From: Hemiscyllium ocellatum
Taxonomy: Eukaryota
DNA: 64,000 nucleotides
Assembly: GCF_020745735.1 (NCBI RefSeq)
Contig: NC_083437.1
Location: 22,506,001-22,570,000 of the forward strand
Reading direction: 5' to 3'
The notes beneath the pieces are model-generated. The model worked only from the letters and a program-made list of their open reading frames with translations. It had not been told where the DNA came from and ran no database searches. Each line of letters begins with the position of its first letter. The first letter of the stretch is position 1. The translations under genes and the position numbers were made by a program. Below are positions 37,861 to 50,100 of the stretch, one piece after another.

Positions 37861-38567
37861 AAAGAGACCTTGGAGTGCAAGTTCGTAGCTCCTTGAAAGT
37901 GGAGTCGCAGGTAGATAGGATAGTGAAGAAGGCATTGGTATGCTTTCCTTTGTCGGTCAGAGTATTGAATACAGGAGTTGGGAGGTCATGTTGTGGCTGT
38001 ACAGGACATTGGTTAGACCACTGTTGGAATATTGCATGCAATTCTGGTCTCCTTCCTATCGGAAAGATGTTGTGAAACTTGAAAGTGTTCCAAACAAATT
38101 AACAAGGATTTTGCCAGGGTTGGAAGATTTGAGCTATAGGGAGAGGCTGAACAGACTGGGGCTGTTTTCCCTGGAGCATCAGAGGCTGAGGGGTGACCTT
38201 TTCGAGGTGTACAAAATTATGAGGTGCATGAATAGGGTAAATATAGAAAGTCTTTTCCCTGGGGTCAGAGAACTAGAGGGCAAAGGTTTAGGGTGAGAGA
38301 GGAAAGATATAAAAGAGACCTAAGAGGCAACGTTTTCACGCAGAGGGTGGTACGTGTATGGAATGAGCTGCCAAATAAAGTGGTGGATGCTGGTACAATT
38401 GCAACATTTAAAAAGCATTTGCATGGTTATATGAACAGGAAGGGTTTGCAGGGATATGGGCCAGGTGCTGACAGGTGGGACTAGATTGGGTTGGGATATC
38501 TGGTCAGCATGGACGGGTTGGACTGAAGGGTCTGTTTATGTGCTGTACATCTCTATGACTCTATGAC

Positions 38568-40040
38568 ACAGCCTTGTTACAATTGTGCAGGGCTTTGAGA
38601 TCACAACCTTGGGAAGATCACACTGTTTTGATCTCCATATTGGGCAGTGATCTTCTTGCATTGGAGACAGTGCAGCAAAGATTCACTAGACTGGTCCCTG
38701 AATTGAAAAAACATAGAAAATTGGAACATGAATAGACCATTTGGCCTTTCAAGCCTGCTGCAGCTTTTCAATATGATGATGGCTGATCTTTCAATTCAAT
38801 AGAGTGTTCCTGTTTTCTATAGATTCCCCCTTTAATCCTTTTAGTCCTTAAAAACTGTACCTAATTCTTTCCTGCTAATATTTGATGTTTCAGCCTCATT
38901 CACCTTCAGTGATAGAGAATTCCACAGGCTCACCATTGTCTAGGTGAAGAAATCTCTCCTCTTCTCACTTCTAAATAGCCTACCTTATATCCTTAGACTG
39001 TAACCCAGGTTCTAAATTCTCTGTTTATTGAAAACATCATTCCTGCATTTACTGAGTCTAGTCCTGTTGGAATTTATTAAGTTTCTGTGAGTTTCATCCC
39101 TATCACATTCTTCTAAACTCCAGTGAACATAGTCCTAACCGATCCAGTCTCTTTATGCACCAATCCTGTCTGGTAAACCTTTGCTGCAACTCCCTCCATA
39201 GCCAGAACATCCTTCCTCAGATAAGGAGATTAAAACTGCACACAGTACTCCAAGTGCGGTCTCGCCAAGGACTCGTACAATTGCAGAAAGATATTTAAAG
39301 TCTGGTTGAAGATTTGTAGCTCGGGTGTCCGTTGTAGCACTGATGATGTTCCCTAGCCAGGGAACGAAACGTTTGCAGCAAAAACTTCCAGCTCGGCGAA
39401 CAGAACCTGCAGAAAGATATCACTGCTCTTCTACTTGAATCTTTTTGTTATCAAAGCAAATATACCATTTGCTGTCTTCTTCATGCAGGCACAGCAAATG
39501 GTGGTTAGCCAATGATAAGAGGGTGTTCAAATGGGCCTGTACTGTCTGGAGGTTAGAAGAATGAGAGGCGATCTAATGAAAACATGCAAGATTCTGAACA
39601 AGCTTTACAAGGGTAAACACTGAGTGGTTGTTTACATTGGCTGGGGAATTTTGAACATGGTACAGTCTCAGAGTAAGGGATTGATAATTTAGAACTAGGT
39701 TGAGAAGCTTTGTAACTCAAAGCGTTCTGAATATTTTGAATTCTAGAGGATTGTAGAAGCTCCATCAATAAAATGTTTAAGGCCGAGGTACATTATTGGT
39801 TTCTGATATTTAAGGGATATGGTGATTGGGCAGAAAAGTGGAGTTGAAGCAGAAGATCAGTTGTAATTGCACTGAAGTGCAGGTCAGGTTTTATAGGCTT
39901 CACTTCAACTTTTATTTCTTATGTTAGGGAAATGGCAGGAAGGTGGAGTTGAGGATTATCGGATCAGCCATGATCTCATTGGAGGGCGAAGCAGACCTCA
40001 TTGGGTTTACTGGCCTACTTCTGCCTCTACATCTTATTAT
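38568..40040. mobile_element. Old plus-strand CR1 remnants containing a minus-strand CR1 3' fragment (~38710-39480)
   Basis: Decayed CR1 C-terminal motifs on both strands. Confidence 0.75.
39295..39407. mobile_element. 113-bp PLE micro-insertion: inverted tail plus intact hammerhead (39337-39376, plus strand)
   Basis: Perfect TSD TGCAGAAAGATAT at 39282-39294 and 39408-39420. 39295-39335 is the reverse complement of the tail seen at 12964-13001. The remainder matches 12888-12960. Confidence 0.92.
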
Positions 40041-40426
40041 ATTGATTCCCAATGTGACAACCAAACATGGCAAGAAAATAATTAGATTTAAAATGAGGAC
40101 TGGCTGATAATCACACTGTTTTATTCAGGGACACATGATTTTATTGATTTTAATTTCGTGGAAAAAGTCTGGCTACTGTCTATAAGAACCATAGATGGAA
40201 CAAATTGGTTCACCTCAATCCAAATCATAGTATACATACGTTTACAGCACACAAGTTTGTTATTTGGTTATGAATTAGTGCTGCTTCTTAAGAATAATTA
40301 AATGGATATATAGTGTGATGGGAAATTGAAAAATTCTTACTGATATAGTAAGTGTTGATTGTTTGTTGCCATAGTTCTAACACATCATCAGAGTACAGAG
40401 TTATTGTCCTGTGTCTGTTGCATCAT

Positions 40427-40550
40427 CTCCTGATGAAGGAGCGGCGCTCCGAAAGCTAGTGCTTCCAATTAAACCTGTTGGACTATAACCTGATGTTGTG
40501 TAATTTTTAACCTTGTACACCCCAGACCAACGCCAGCATCTCCAAATCAT
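40427..40550 (+). mobile_element. PLE pLTR 3' fragment beginning at a hammerhead core (same family as 7548-7719)
   Basis: CTGATGA-A-GGAGC-GGC-GCTCC-GAAA-GC-TA-GTG at 40430-40461, followed by the family arm and tail. Confidence 0.8.
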
Positions 40551-40709
40551 GTCTCCTGTCACTGATATACATCAATGTGGCTTCTCTCAGTGAGAAAGCA
40601 TATTTAAAGTAGTAAAATTCAGTGTTTACATGTGTTGATTTCAAAAAGTATTCAATTTAACTGGTTGTGATTTTTAACCACCAAATATCAGTTTGTCCGT
40701 CATTTACAT

Positions 40710-41027
40710 TAGATTAGATTACTTACAGTGTGGAAACAGGCCCTTCGGCCCAACAAGTCCACACCGACCCACCAAAGCGCAACCCACCCAGACCCATTCC
40801 CCTACATTTACCCCTGCCCCTAACACTATGGGCAATTTAGCATGGCCAATTCACCCAACCTGCACGTTTTTCGACTGTGGGAGGAAACCAGAGCACAAGG
40901 AGGAAACCAACCCACGCAGACACGGGGAGAATGTGCAAACTCCACACAGTCGCCTGAGGCGTGAATTGAACCTGGGTCTCTGGCGCTGTGAGGCACCAGT
41001 GCTAACCACTGTACCACCGTGCCACCC
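40710..41027 (-). mobile_element. Full-length V-domain SINE
   Basis: Reverse complement of the 37550-37860 family. Confidence 0.9.
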
Positions 41028-41127
41028 ACATATATAGGCAATTTAAATCACAAGTACATTGTTCAATTTTTACACTTAACATGAGCGTCCATCCATTCAG
41101 TTTATTTCATCCAACCATATCAACACA

Positions 41128-41389
41128 AAAGTTAGATTGCTGAGCTTGAATATTGGCTTTCAGACATTTCGGCACCATACTAGGTAACATCATCAGTAAA
41201 CATCACCCACCTTAAGAAACCAAGGCCAATCAATAGAGAGGCAGGACATACTATCAGCGCTTCATCGGAGACTCTCACTGATGATGTTACCTAGGATGGA
41301 GACGAAACATCTGAAAACAAACCATCAAGTTCAGCGAGCTAACTTACATATTTATCATCAACCTGAGCTACAAATCTTCTTAAAAATTG
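41128..41389. mobile_element. Short fold-back Poseidon-type PLE remnant with two decayed hammerheads
   Basis: CTGATGATGTTACC cores at ~41160-41197 (minus) and 41275-41314 (plus). Right tail CCTGAGCTACAAATCTTC. TSD CATATCAACACA (41116-41127) / CATATTGACACA (41390-41401). Confidence 0.82.
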
Positions 41390-41715
41390 CATATTGACAC
41401 ATCGTTGTAATCCTTCTTGCAGCACAAACTAATCTAATTTCCTGTTAATATATCTATTCTGTTTGCCTCAACCATGATGTTCTCATCAGTCATTCTTTCT
41501 GAGGAAAGAAATTTTTTTAAAATTTATTTGTCCCTCTCTTATAATTATGGTCCCTAGTTTAGATGCCCCAAATGCTCTGCATAAATGGAAACATATTTGT
41601 CATCGCCATCCTACTGAACCCCCTTTACCTCATTCATCTTTTCTTGATTTATGCTCTTTAATTATCATAATTTACAGTTTCTGTGAATCTTCATGTCTCC
41701 TTTGCCTACATCTAG

Positions 41716-41892
41716 ATTTATAAAATGGATGCTGACCCTTGTGGCTTATGTTTGATCATCAACAATGTGGATTTCTTTCCAAGTAGTGGTTTGACTTGTC
41801 GCTCAGGTTCTGACATCGATTGTGAAAATGTTGAAAATCTCTTTAAGAAGTTACGGTTTGAGGTTATTGTTAAAAGAAATCTGACCAAGCAT
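41716..41892 (+). CDS. CASP9: Caspase-9 exon 4
   Basis: tctag|IYKMDADPCGLCLIINNVDFFPSSGLTCRSGSDIDCENVENLFKKLRFEVIVKRNLTKH|gtaagt, 177 nt. Confidence 0.96.
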
Positions 41893-42681
41893 GTAAGTAT
41901 TTCCAAGAACTCTTAATTGTAACCTCTGATAATTCATTACAGGTTGTGTACAATGTTTCTGTAGAATGCAGCACAGACTTGTCTCAAACACTTCGCAAAG
42001 GTCCCACTGCATGGAACCTGTAGCTTCAGAAACAAGCAAGAATGTTCCAAAGAGCCAGAAATAAGGAACTATTGAATTTTCTCGAAGTATGATTTTCTCC
42101 AATCTAATGACACAGTTTTCTAGATAACCATACAAATTCATCAAGAGCTTTGCATAATTTTCCTTGGAACTAACTTCAATCACACCAATTTAAGAATTAT
42201 CAAAATGTCTACTCTAAGAATTTAGCAGTCATCTTCATTTTGCAAGGTAAACCTTTGCGAGAATCTCCTGCATAATTGGAGCACAAGAATAGGAGTAGGT
42301 CATTTGGCCCTTCAAATCTATTCTACCCAATCAATAAGATCATGGCTAATTTTCAACCATATACTTGTTTTTGGCCATATTCTTTAGTATCTGTTTAAGA
42401 TAAAAATCAGTCTCAGATTTAAGATTAATAGTTACGTAACTGGCATCAATTGTCATTTGCAGAAGAGTTCCATACTAACACCGGCTTTTGAAGTGTTTCC
42501 TCATTTCATTCCTGATCTGCCCAATCAGTAGTTGGAGTTGAATGTAGCAGAAGATTTGATGACTTTATCCGTATCAGAAACTGTATATTGTACAAACATT
42601 TAGAGAGACCTCCTGCCCATGTTTTCTTTCTCCTCTGACTCCCAGCTACCTTTCACTTGCTCTGGTAACATTGAACAACAC

Positions 42682-42879
42682 TGAGCTGAAAATATGTTGC
42701 TAGAAAAGCGCAGCAGGTCATGCAGCATCCAAGGAGCAGGAGAGTCGACGTTTCGGGCATGAGCCCTTCTTCAGGAAGGCTCATGCCCAAAACGTCGACT
42801 CTCCTGCTCCTTGCATGCTGCTTGACCTGCTGCGCTTTTTCAGCTCTGATCTCCAGCATCTGCAATCCTCACTTTCTCC
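42682..42879. mobile_element. Short fold-back Neptune-type pLTR with a hammerhead (42744-42777, minus strand)
   Basis: ~85-bp inverted arms with a right tail. CTGAAGA-A-GGGC-TCAT-GCCC-GAAA-CG-TC on the minus strand. Perfect 16-bp TSD TAACATTGAACAACAC at 42666-42681 and 42880-42895. Confidence 0.92.
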
Positions 42880-42900
42880 TAACATTGAACAACACCCTAT

Positions 42901-43139
42901 TGTAGTGATTGTAACAAGGTCAGCCAGGTGAACAGCATAGAACATGAGTTCCCCGATTGGATCAGATTAACAGTTCCAATCAGGGAACCCTGGCTGATAG
43001 ACAAGAACAAAATGTCGGACATCCTGTATACTCTGAGAGCTGGCTCTGCAAGCAGTAGGTCAATGTCGAGAACTTGCCATGTGTAAATAAAGGGTGACTT
43101 GGTGAAAGGATATCCGCCTATGGGGAGTCGTTTTATTCA
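42901..43139 (+). mobile_element. Possible short solo LTR
   Basis: TG...CA ends, CCAAT boxes on both strands, AATAAA near 43086. No convincing TSD. Confidence 0.4.
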
Positions 43140-43206
43140 TGTCTTAGTTATAATATATGTTGGATAATGGTGTTTCCTCACTCTATTGTGTGATTTTCTC
43201 CGACAG

Positions 43207-43296
43207 GTGATGGTAAAAGAGCTGAAAAATCTAGCTCTCAAGGACCATACAGTTTTTGACAGTTGCGTTATTGTTATACTTTCACATGGTAGTCAG
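43207..43296 (+). CDS. CASP9: Caspase-9 exon 5 (catalytic His)
   Basis: acag|VMVKELKNLALKDHTVFDSCVIVILSHGSQ|gtgagt, 90 nt. Confidence 0.96.
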
Positions 43297-45028
43297 GTGA
43301 GTCAAGTAACTTAAGCAATAAATGCAGCAGCAGCAATGCATAATTTAACCTGGTAGGTCAGTAATATTTAACATTAAAGGTGTAATTTTCTTGTTATTTC
43401 TGTCTGTTTTGTTTTTTTTTCTTTTGTCACATAGCAACTTTTTTTTCTCCATTATCTGCCCTATGTTTCCAGTTGTGTTCCTGCTAATCTTAGTTGGAAT
43501 CATTACTTTTCCATAATAGAAATAATCATTGTAAATGTACAAATGTTACTACTGTCTGTGGTGTGCTGCCCTTAGGTGGATTTTCCATGTTTATAGACAT
43601 TCTTTGAGCACCTACACTCATGAAGTGTTGAGTTTCCCAAAAAACATGTCGGTCCCAGTTCCTGTAGTATTGCTGCAAAAATTGTTCAATGGCTTTAACC
43701 ATTTGAAAAGTCATTTTGAAAAACTGAAGCAAATACAAGAAATGCTGAAAATACACAGGATGATAGGGAATAGGTGAGAAATCTGTGTGAGCAACAGATT
43801 GGAAGGAAGCTGTTTAATCTACAGAGATTTTAAACAAAATAATGCTGCTTTTCTGCTGAGTTTTACATGATGGTGATCAAGGCTTAGTCAAGTAAGTCTT
43901 AGAAAAAAAAGCTGCAAGGATTTAAGAGATGCTTTCAGCTGTTGGCATTCATTTGAAGCTCCATGACAGACCTGGCTGTCTTGGAGTTTACAACCATAAA
44001 ATCATGCCAGGCAACCTCAATATAACTCCACTACAGAGGACAATCTCTAGAGGAGATGATGTCATTGAGAGTCCTGGTGAGGAAAAAAGGCTTGATGTTT
44101 CAGTGATGGGGTCATGGTCCACAGGGTGATAGGAAGTGTTTAAGAGACAACCACAAAATATTTTTGACAAACTTAAGTTGTTAAATTATAATCAATGAGT
44201 TTACATGAAAATATCACTAAACCTTTTTGCTTCTATAATGTATAATGAGTTTATTACAATCCCATGCACCAAAATTTTTACTGTAAAAAATTCTGTGCTA
44301 TGAACATATGAATGTAAAGTAATTATTTTGGAACAACATGTTGCTTTTTGCCTATTTGTAAATTTCTGCTGAGTTGATGAGAGAATGAAGAAGACCTTTG
44401 ACCAAGTCATAAATTTTAACTTAATGTGATACAATGTAATCTGATGTCAGTTCTCCATGGTAGTACATCCCTATGTATTTTTTGTTAAGGAGCTGGTTTA
44501 AGCTTCATTGTCACTTCAGTCAATAAATATTAAATGGTACAGGATGCTTTCAAACAGGAAAATCACACACTAACAGATGTAGACGGGGAAATGAACGTAT
44601 ATAGTGTGTGACAAATCCCTTCAATTGGTGTGTGAAGAGTGACAACACCTGAACACAATCTCTTTGCCCACAGCATAGTTTGGATACAGAATAAACTGTT
44701 TTCCATCTCATTCCAATAATGTACCTCAGTTCCATCCTCAGAATGCATATGCTACTACAACACTGATATTTTACATTTCTCCTATCAAACTCCCCTTATC
44801 TGCTCTCTAAGCAAGAGTGAGTTACAGTAGTTATCAGACAGAAGATTTTCATTCCATCATATTACCAAACAGAAGTCAGTATAAAATAAGTATTTGTAAG
44901 CTAAACTTTTTGCAGTAATTAATATTAGCTAGGGATAGGTGTACACTGTGTGCAACTACATTCACAACATTTCCTGTGTGCATTCTACGGTATTATGTTG
45001 AATTCTATACATGTGTTTCTTTCTTCAG

Positions 45029-45179
45029 GCTCAGCATAGACAATTTCCTGGTGCAATTTTTGGAGTGGATGGGGGCCAATCTCTGCCAGTACAGCATATT
45101 GTTAGTTACTTTGATGGTTCACACTGCCCAACTTTGCGGGAAAAGCCCAAATTATTCTTCATTCAGGCCTGTGGTGGTG
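45029..45179 (+). CDS. CASP9: Caspase-9 exon 6 (catalytic Cys, QACGG)
   Basis: ttcag|[50 protein letters not shown]|gtaagt, 151 nt. Confidence 0.97.
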
Positions 45180-45214
45180 GTAAGTGCTATATTTGTTGCT
45201 GACTTATGTAAATA

Positions 45215-45415
45215 AAGATGTGTAAGTTAGGTCTATTGGCTGTGCTAAATTACCTATAGTGTTCAGGGATGTGTAGGTTAGGTGCATTAGTCATGGGAAA
45301 TGCAGGGTTGTAGGGATAGAGTAGAGGGAATGGGTCTAAGTGGGATGTTTTTTGGAGAGTTGGTGTAGACCTTTTGAGCAAAATGGCCTGTTTCCAAGCT
45401 GTGGGGATTCTACTA
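45215..45415 (+). mobile_element. 5'-truncated V-SINE
   Basis: AAAGATGTGTAAGTTAGG..GCTAAATT..GGCCTGTTTCC tail. Confidence 0.7.
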
Positions 45416-47483
45416 AATATATAAATAGATCAGCTGCTAGAAGTATTAAAAAATGTAAGTGGAACTACTATTGGGGTCCGGTGACTATATTCAAGAATTA
45501 ATTTAAATACCCAGCTAAATAACTGTTACCAGAATCTTTCTATCTTGTGCCTGATCTCTGGCGGGCACTATTTATTGCACAGTTTGAATGGATTAGTACT
45601 TTAACTCAACCCTAGAAACAGTGGTCTGATCAGTGTTAAAATAATTACTAGCAAGAGACTCCAGGATAATGGTTATGTTGCTAATCCAGTTAGTAATCCC
45701 GTGGCCTTGAATAATAATTAACAGAATCAGTGTTTAAAACCTACAGGGAAATTTCAGAATTCACATTCAGTTTTAAAACAGGCTTTGGAGGTGAAGATAT
45801 CAATAAATATGATCATGAAGCTTTCAGATTGTCCCAAAAAACAACTGCTTACTTTTTAGAAGCAAGTCTGCCATCTTTCTCCTATCTGGCCTATATGTAT
45901 TTGAAACATAATTGTTAACTGGTGGAGAAAAGTACTCCATTTATCAAATCGCTGCAAAGAATAACAAAAGAAAAACTCAGCTGCAACCAAAACAATTCGA
46001 GGGCTGCAGAGATGAGCAATAACTGCTGGCTCAGCCAGCAATGCTCACATCGCATGGATGAATAAATAAAACATTTTTAAAAGACAGGATTCAAGAAAGT
46101 TACACTCAGCCTAGTTAACTCATCAAAGTCATCCTCACTAACATCTGGTCAGAGGCTGGAAATTCTGAGGGGAGTAACTCACCTCTTGACTCCCCAAAAC
46201 CTGTCCACAAACATTGTGATGAAATATTCTCCATCTGCTTGGATGAATGCAGCTCCTCCAACACTTAAGGAGCTCAAAACTATTCAGAACAAGCACACTT
46301 AAATGGCACCCTATCCATCAGTTTAAAAATGAACTTCTTTCATCAGCAAAGCACATAGACCATCTACAATGCATTGCCACGATTTAATAAAGTACCTTTG
46401 TAAGCACCCTCCAAAGTCGTAATCTCTAATACTAGAAGGGTAAGGGAAGCAGATGCATGGAACATTACCACCTGCAAGTTCCCCTTCAAGCCATCACCAC
46501 CTTAATTGGAACTGTTGTAATTTCTTCTTTGTCACTGGGTCAAAATCCGAGAACTCCCTTCCTAACAGCACCATGGGCACACACAACTCCCATGGACTCA
46601 GCAATACAAGTTGGCTACATCTTCTCGAGGGAAATCAGAGATTGCAAAAAATGCTGTAGTCTTTCTGTAGAATTTTTAAAAATGTATGATGACATGTTGC
46701 TCATCTTTGCAAAGGCCCATGACAGTTTATGACTTTACAAAGCTCTTGATGCAGTTCCATTATTAGTTACTTTGTGGATTAATTGGATGAGTGTTCCCCT
46801 CTTGGATCTAAGCACCTGCTTTTTATTCTTATCAAGAAGTCTTTCTTACTGCAAGCATGCTGAGAGCAGAAAAAAAAAGCACAAGAACTGAACAATTAAA
46901 ACCCCTGTCTTATCTCCATATTTGATTTATTCTGTGTTGTGTGCATTCAAAGAAAAAAAATAAGTTTTTTGTTTTTAGCATTTGATATACCATTTACTTT
47001 CCACAGAAACACAAATTCAAGACAGGAGAAACCTATCACACCTGTGCTAGTGGTAGCTGTTCAACTGAGTTCTCTCTACTCTGACCCCATTGTTCTTGCC
47101 TTTTCCTACTTTTTTTAATGTTCTTCAAATATTTATTCAATTGTCTTTGGAATTCTTTATTGCTCTTTATTTCCAGCCAATTTAGGCGTCTACTGTCTTA
47201 TTGTCTCTTTTCTTATGTGCTTTTTCTCGAACTGTGTTTTTAATGGTTTCACTTGCCTGTATTGCTTGAAAAGTGTGATCAATACAGCACCATAAGAGAC
47301 CATCGCTGGAGAGGAAGGACAAAAGAAAGCACAAGTGGAATAGACCAGTAATATGACCAGAATGATCCTGCAGAGAGGGGATCACCTTTGCACACTATCA
47401 CAGAGCACTCAAGTCATCTGAAAGACAAATAAGTTGAGTTTGTACTTTTTGTAACATCACAGTGGAATGTTTGTTTCTTACAG

Positions 47484-47660
47484 ATTTGAAGGATAAAGGA
47501 TTCAAGACAGCCGAGGAGGTGGATAGCATTCCTACTATACTCTTTGATTCTGTTAGCTTGCAGACTGATGCAACTCCATGTCCAGCAGAAGATGAACCAG
47601 ATGCAGTATCCAGCTTACCAACTCCCAGTGATATTTTGGTTTCATATTCTACTTTCCCAG
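47484..47660 (+). CDS. CASP9: Caspase-9 exon 7 (inter-subunit linker)
   Basis: acag|(D)LKDKGFK...LQTDATPCPAEDEPDAVSSLPTPSDILVSYSTFP|gtacct, 177 nt. Confidence 0.95.
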
Positions 47661-47746
47661 GTACCTTCATCTGCCCATTACTGCCTTTCAAACAGAGTGA
47701 TTTGATCCAAAGTGAAGTTCCAAGTGAATGTCAGCACTGTTGCATT

Positions 47747-48076
47747 TAGATTAGATTAGATTCCGTACAGTGTGGAAACAGGCCCTTCGGCCCAACAAGT
47801 CCACACCGACCCTCCAAAGAGCAACCCAGCCATACTCATTCCCCTACATTTACTGCTGACTAATACATCTAACACCATGGGCAATTTAGCATGGCCACTT
47901 CACCTAATCTGCATATCTTTGGACTGTGGGAGGAAACCAGAGCACCCAGAGGAAACCCACGCAGACACGGGGAGAATGTGCAAACTCCACACAGACAGTT
48001 GCCTGAGGCGGGAATTGAACCCAGGTCCCTGGCGCTGTGAGGCAGCAATGCTAACCACTGAGCCACTGTGCCACCC
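47747..48076 (-). mobile_element. Full-length V-domain SINE
   Basis: (TTAGA)n tail at the left, reverse-complement V core and tRNA-derived head. Confidence 0.9.
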
Positions 48077-48780
48077 AGCTCAAGCAGATAGTATTAGTCA
48101 GTTTAGAACATTTTTCTTGATTAATCTCAATTCCCATCTGGTGATTTTCATGTCTATAAAAATTGTGAATATTATTGCTTGAAAATGATTTATTTCAGTT
48201 TCTGGCAGTGCTGGGACACTGTTCACTTTTTACATTTATGGAACTACTCTTCAAATTGTTTATGAAAATAGTGAACAGCAGTGGTCCCAGCAATGATTCC
48301 TGTAGAACATTAGTTCCCACCTTCTGCCAATTTGAATAACTTGTATTCCTGCTGATGATTCTTAAAGTAAAATGTTTTTTCCTGATCGTTAGCAGATAAT
48401 GTAACTCAAGGTTTATAAATATATTTAAGTCTATTATTTTTCCTTATCTTATTATGCATGTTCTTTAGTTGTAATACTGTATATTGTAATACTATATACT
48501 GCATAACATGCATATTATTGAACCTTAATGAACGGCTTGAAATTGTTGAGACTCTGGGGAACAGCAGTGGATGTCCTAGCAATGGCTGCATCCAGCCATT
48601 GGCCTGTACTGAATCAGTTTTTGATATGCAGTCATGCTTTGAGTTACTCAGTGACAATATTCTGGCCTGTAATTAGATTAACAGAATAGCTGCATAAACA
48701 AATTACTGACTAGGTTTTATTCCTCTCATTCTGACAAGCAACAAAGGTTATTCAGATGTTTACACACTTTTTTCCTTTAG

Positions 48781-48890
48781 GGTATGTGTCATGGCGAGAT
48801 AAAAAGGATGGATCTTGGTACATGAAAACACTGGTGAATATATTCAGTAAATATGCTCATTCAGATGATCTACAAATACTTCTAACGAGG
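48781..48890 (+). CDS. CASP9: Caspase-9 exon 8
   Basis: tttag|(G)YVSWRDKKDGSWYMKTLVNIFSKYAHSDDLQILLTR|gtgagt, 110 nt. Confidence 0.96.
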
Positions 48891-49169
48891 GTGAGTTGTT
48901 TTATTTTATTCTGAGTATAATACCATTCATTGAGACTGTGGATTTGGTTTCAGTACACTAAACCTTGGCATAGGTTCCGATGATTCCAATATTTTTCTGT
49001 CCATCCTACATCCTCCACTCAGCATAAACATGCTCAACCAGAATTCTACACACTATTAAACACACATCGAATCCCATTCACCCATCAGTCCTGTGCATGT
49101 TGACCTTGCTCTCAGTTCAACAATGCCTTAATCTTAAATTCCTCAGCTTTGCCCTTTAAATTCTCTGTA

Positions 49170-50100
49170 ACTCATTAACACTCAACAATGGAGCCCCCCA
49201 GGGATGCATACTCAGCCCCCTACAGTACTCATTGTTTACCCATGACTCTCGCCAAATACCAAACTAATGCCATTTACAAGTTCGCTGATGACACCACCAT
49301 AGTCAATGGAATCTCAAATGGCAACAAAACAGACCACAGACAGGGGGTGGAAGACCTGAAAAAATGGTGCACTGAGAACAATCTAGCTCTCAATGCCAGC
49401 AAAACCAAGGAACTCATTATTGACTTTTGGCGGGATGTTACACATGCCCCCCCTAAACATTAACAGCACAAAGGTGGAAGGAGTGGAGAGTGTCAAGCTC
49501 CTGGGAGTGGTCATCCACAACAAACTTTCTTGGACGCACTGGTAACAAAGGCCCAACAATGTCTCCTCTTCCTCAGGCAGCTGAAAAAAAATTGGCATGA
49601 CAGTGAATACCCTTGCCAAATTTTATAGGTGTGCCATCGAGAGCATTCTGTCTGGATGTATCACTAGCTGGCATGCCAATTGTACCGTTTAAGATCGGAG
49701 ACGGTTACAGACAGTGGTGAACTTGGCCCAGACAATCACAAAGACCAACCTCCCATCTATAGAATCCATCTACCAGGCCTGCTGTCAAGGAAAGGTTGCC
49801 AGCATTCTCAAAGATCCATCCCATCCTGGCAATGCTTTTCTACAATCTCTACTGTGGGGGAGAAGATACAGAAGCCTGAACACATGCACCAGCTGGATTT
49901 GAAACAGTTTCTACCCTACTGTTGTTAAAATACTGAATGTACTCTCAAACTCTTGGCATTCGCCTGTACCTGTATTTTTGTTTTTGCTGCTGTTTATCTA
50001 TTATTTACTTATCTCTGCTATTTAACTATGTGATCTGCCTGATTGCTGTGATTCAGTACACATGACAATAAATTAAACTAAATTAAATTTAATTCAATTA
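49170..50100 (+). mobile_element. Rex1/Babar-like LINE 3' fragment
   Basis: GAP(Q)GCILSP, YKFADDTTIV, KTKELIIDF and DPSHP motifs. Ends GACAATAAA plus AT-rich short repeats. Confidence 0.8.

Larger units (their letters stand above)
33070..38567 (+). mobile_element. 5'-truncated CR1 LINE (RT) interrupted by a PLE and a SINE
   Basis: ORF 36644-37258 has KSPGPD, NYRPVSLT, QHGF and YMDFSKA, followed by PQGSVLGP. Ends in CTCTATGACTCTATGAC. The pieces either side of the PLE are continuous across its TSD. Confidence 0.92.

Noticed and set aside
42682-42879. MITE or DNA transposon interpretation of the short inverted repeats
   Set aside because: The arms match PLE pLTRs, there is an asymmetric tail, and TSDs are long and variable (11-16 bp).
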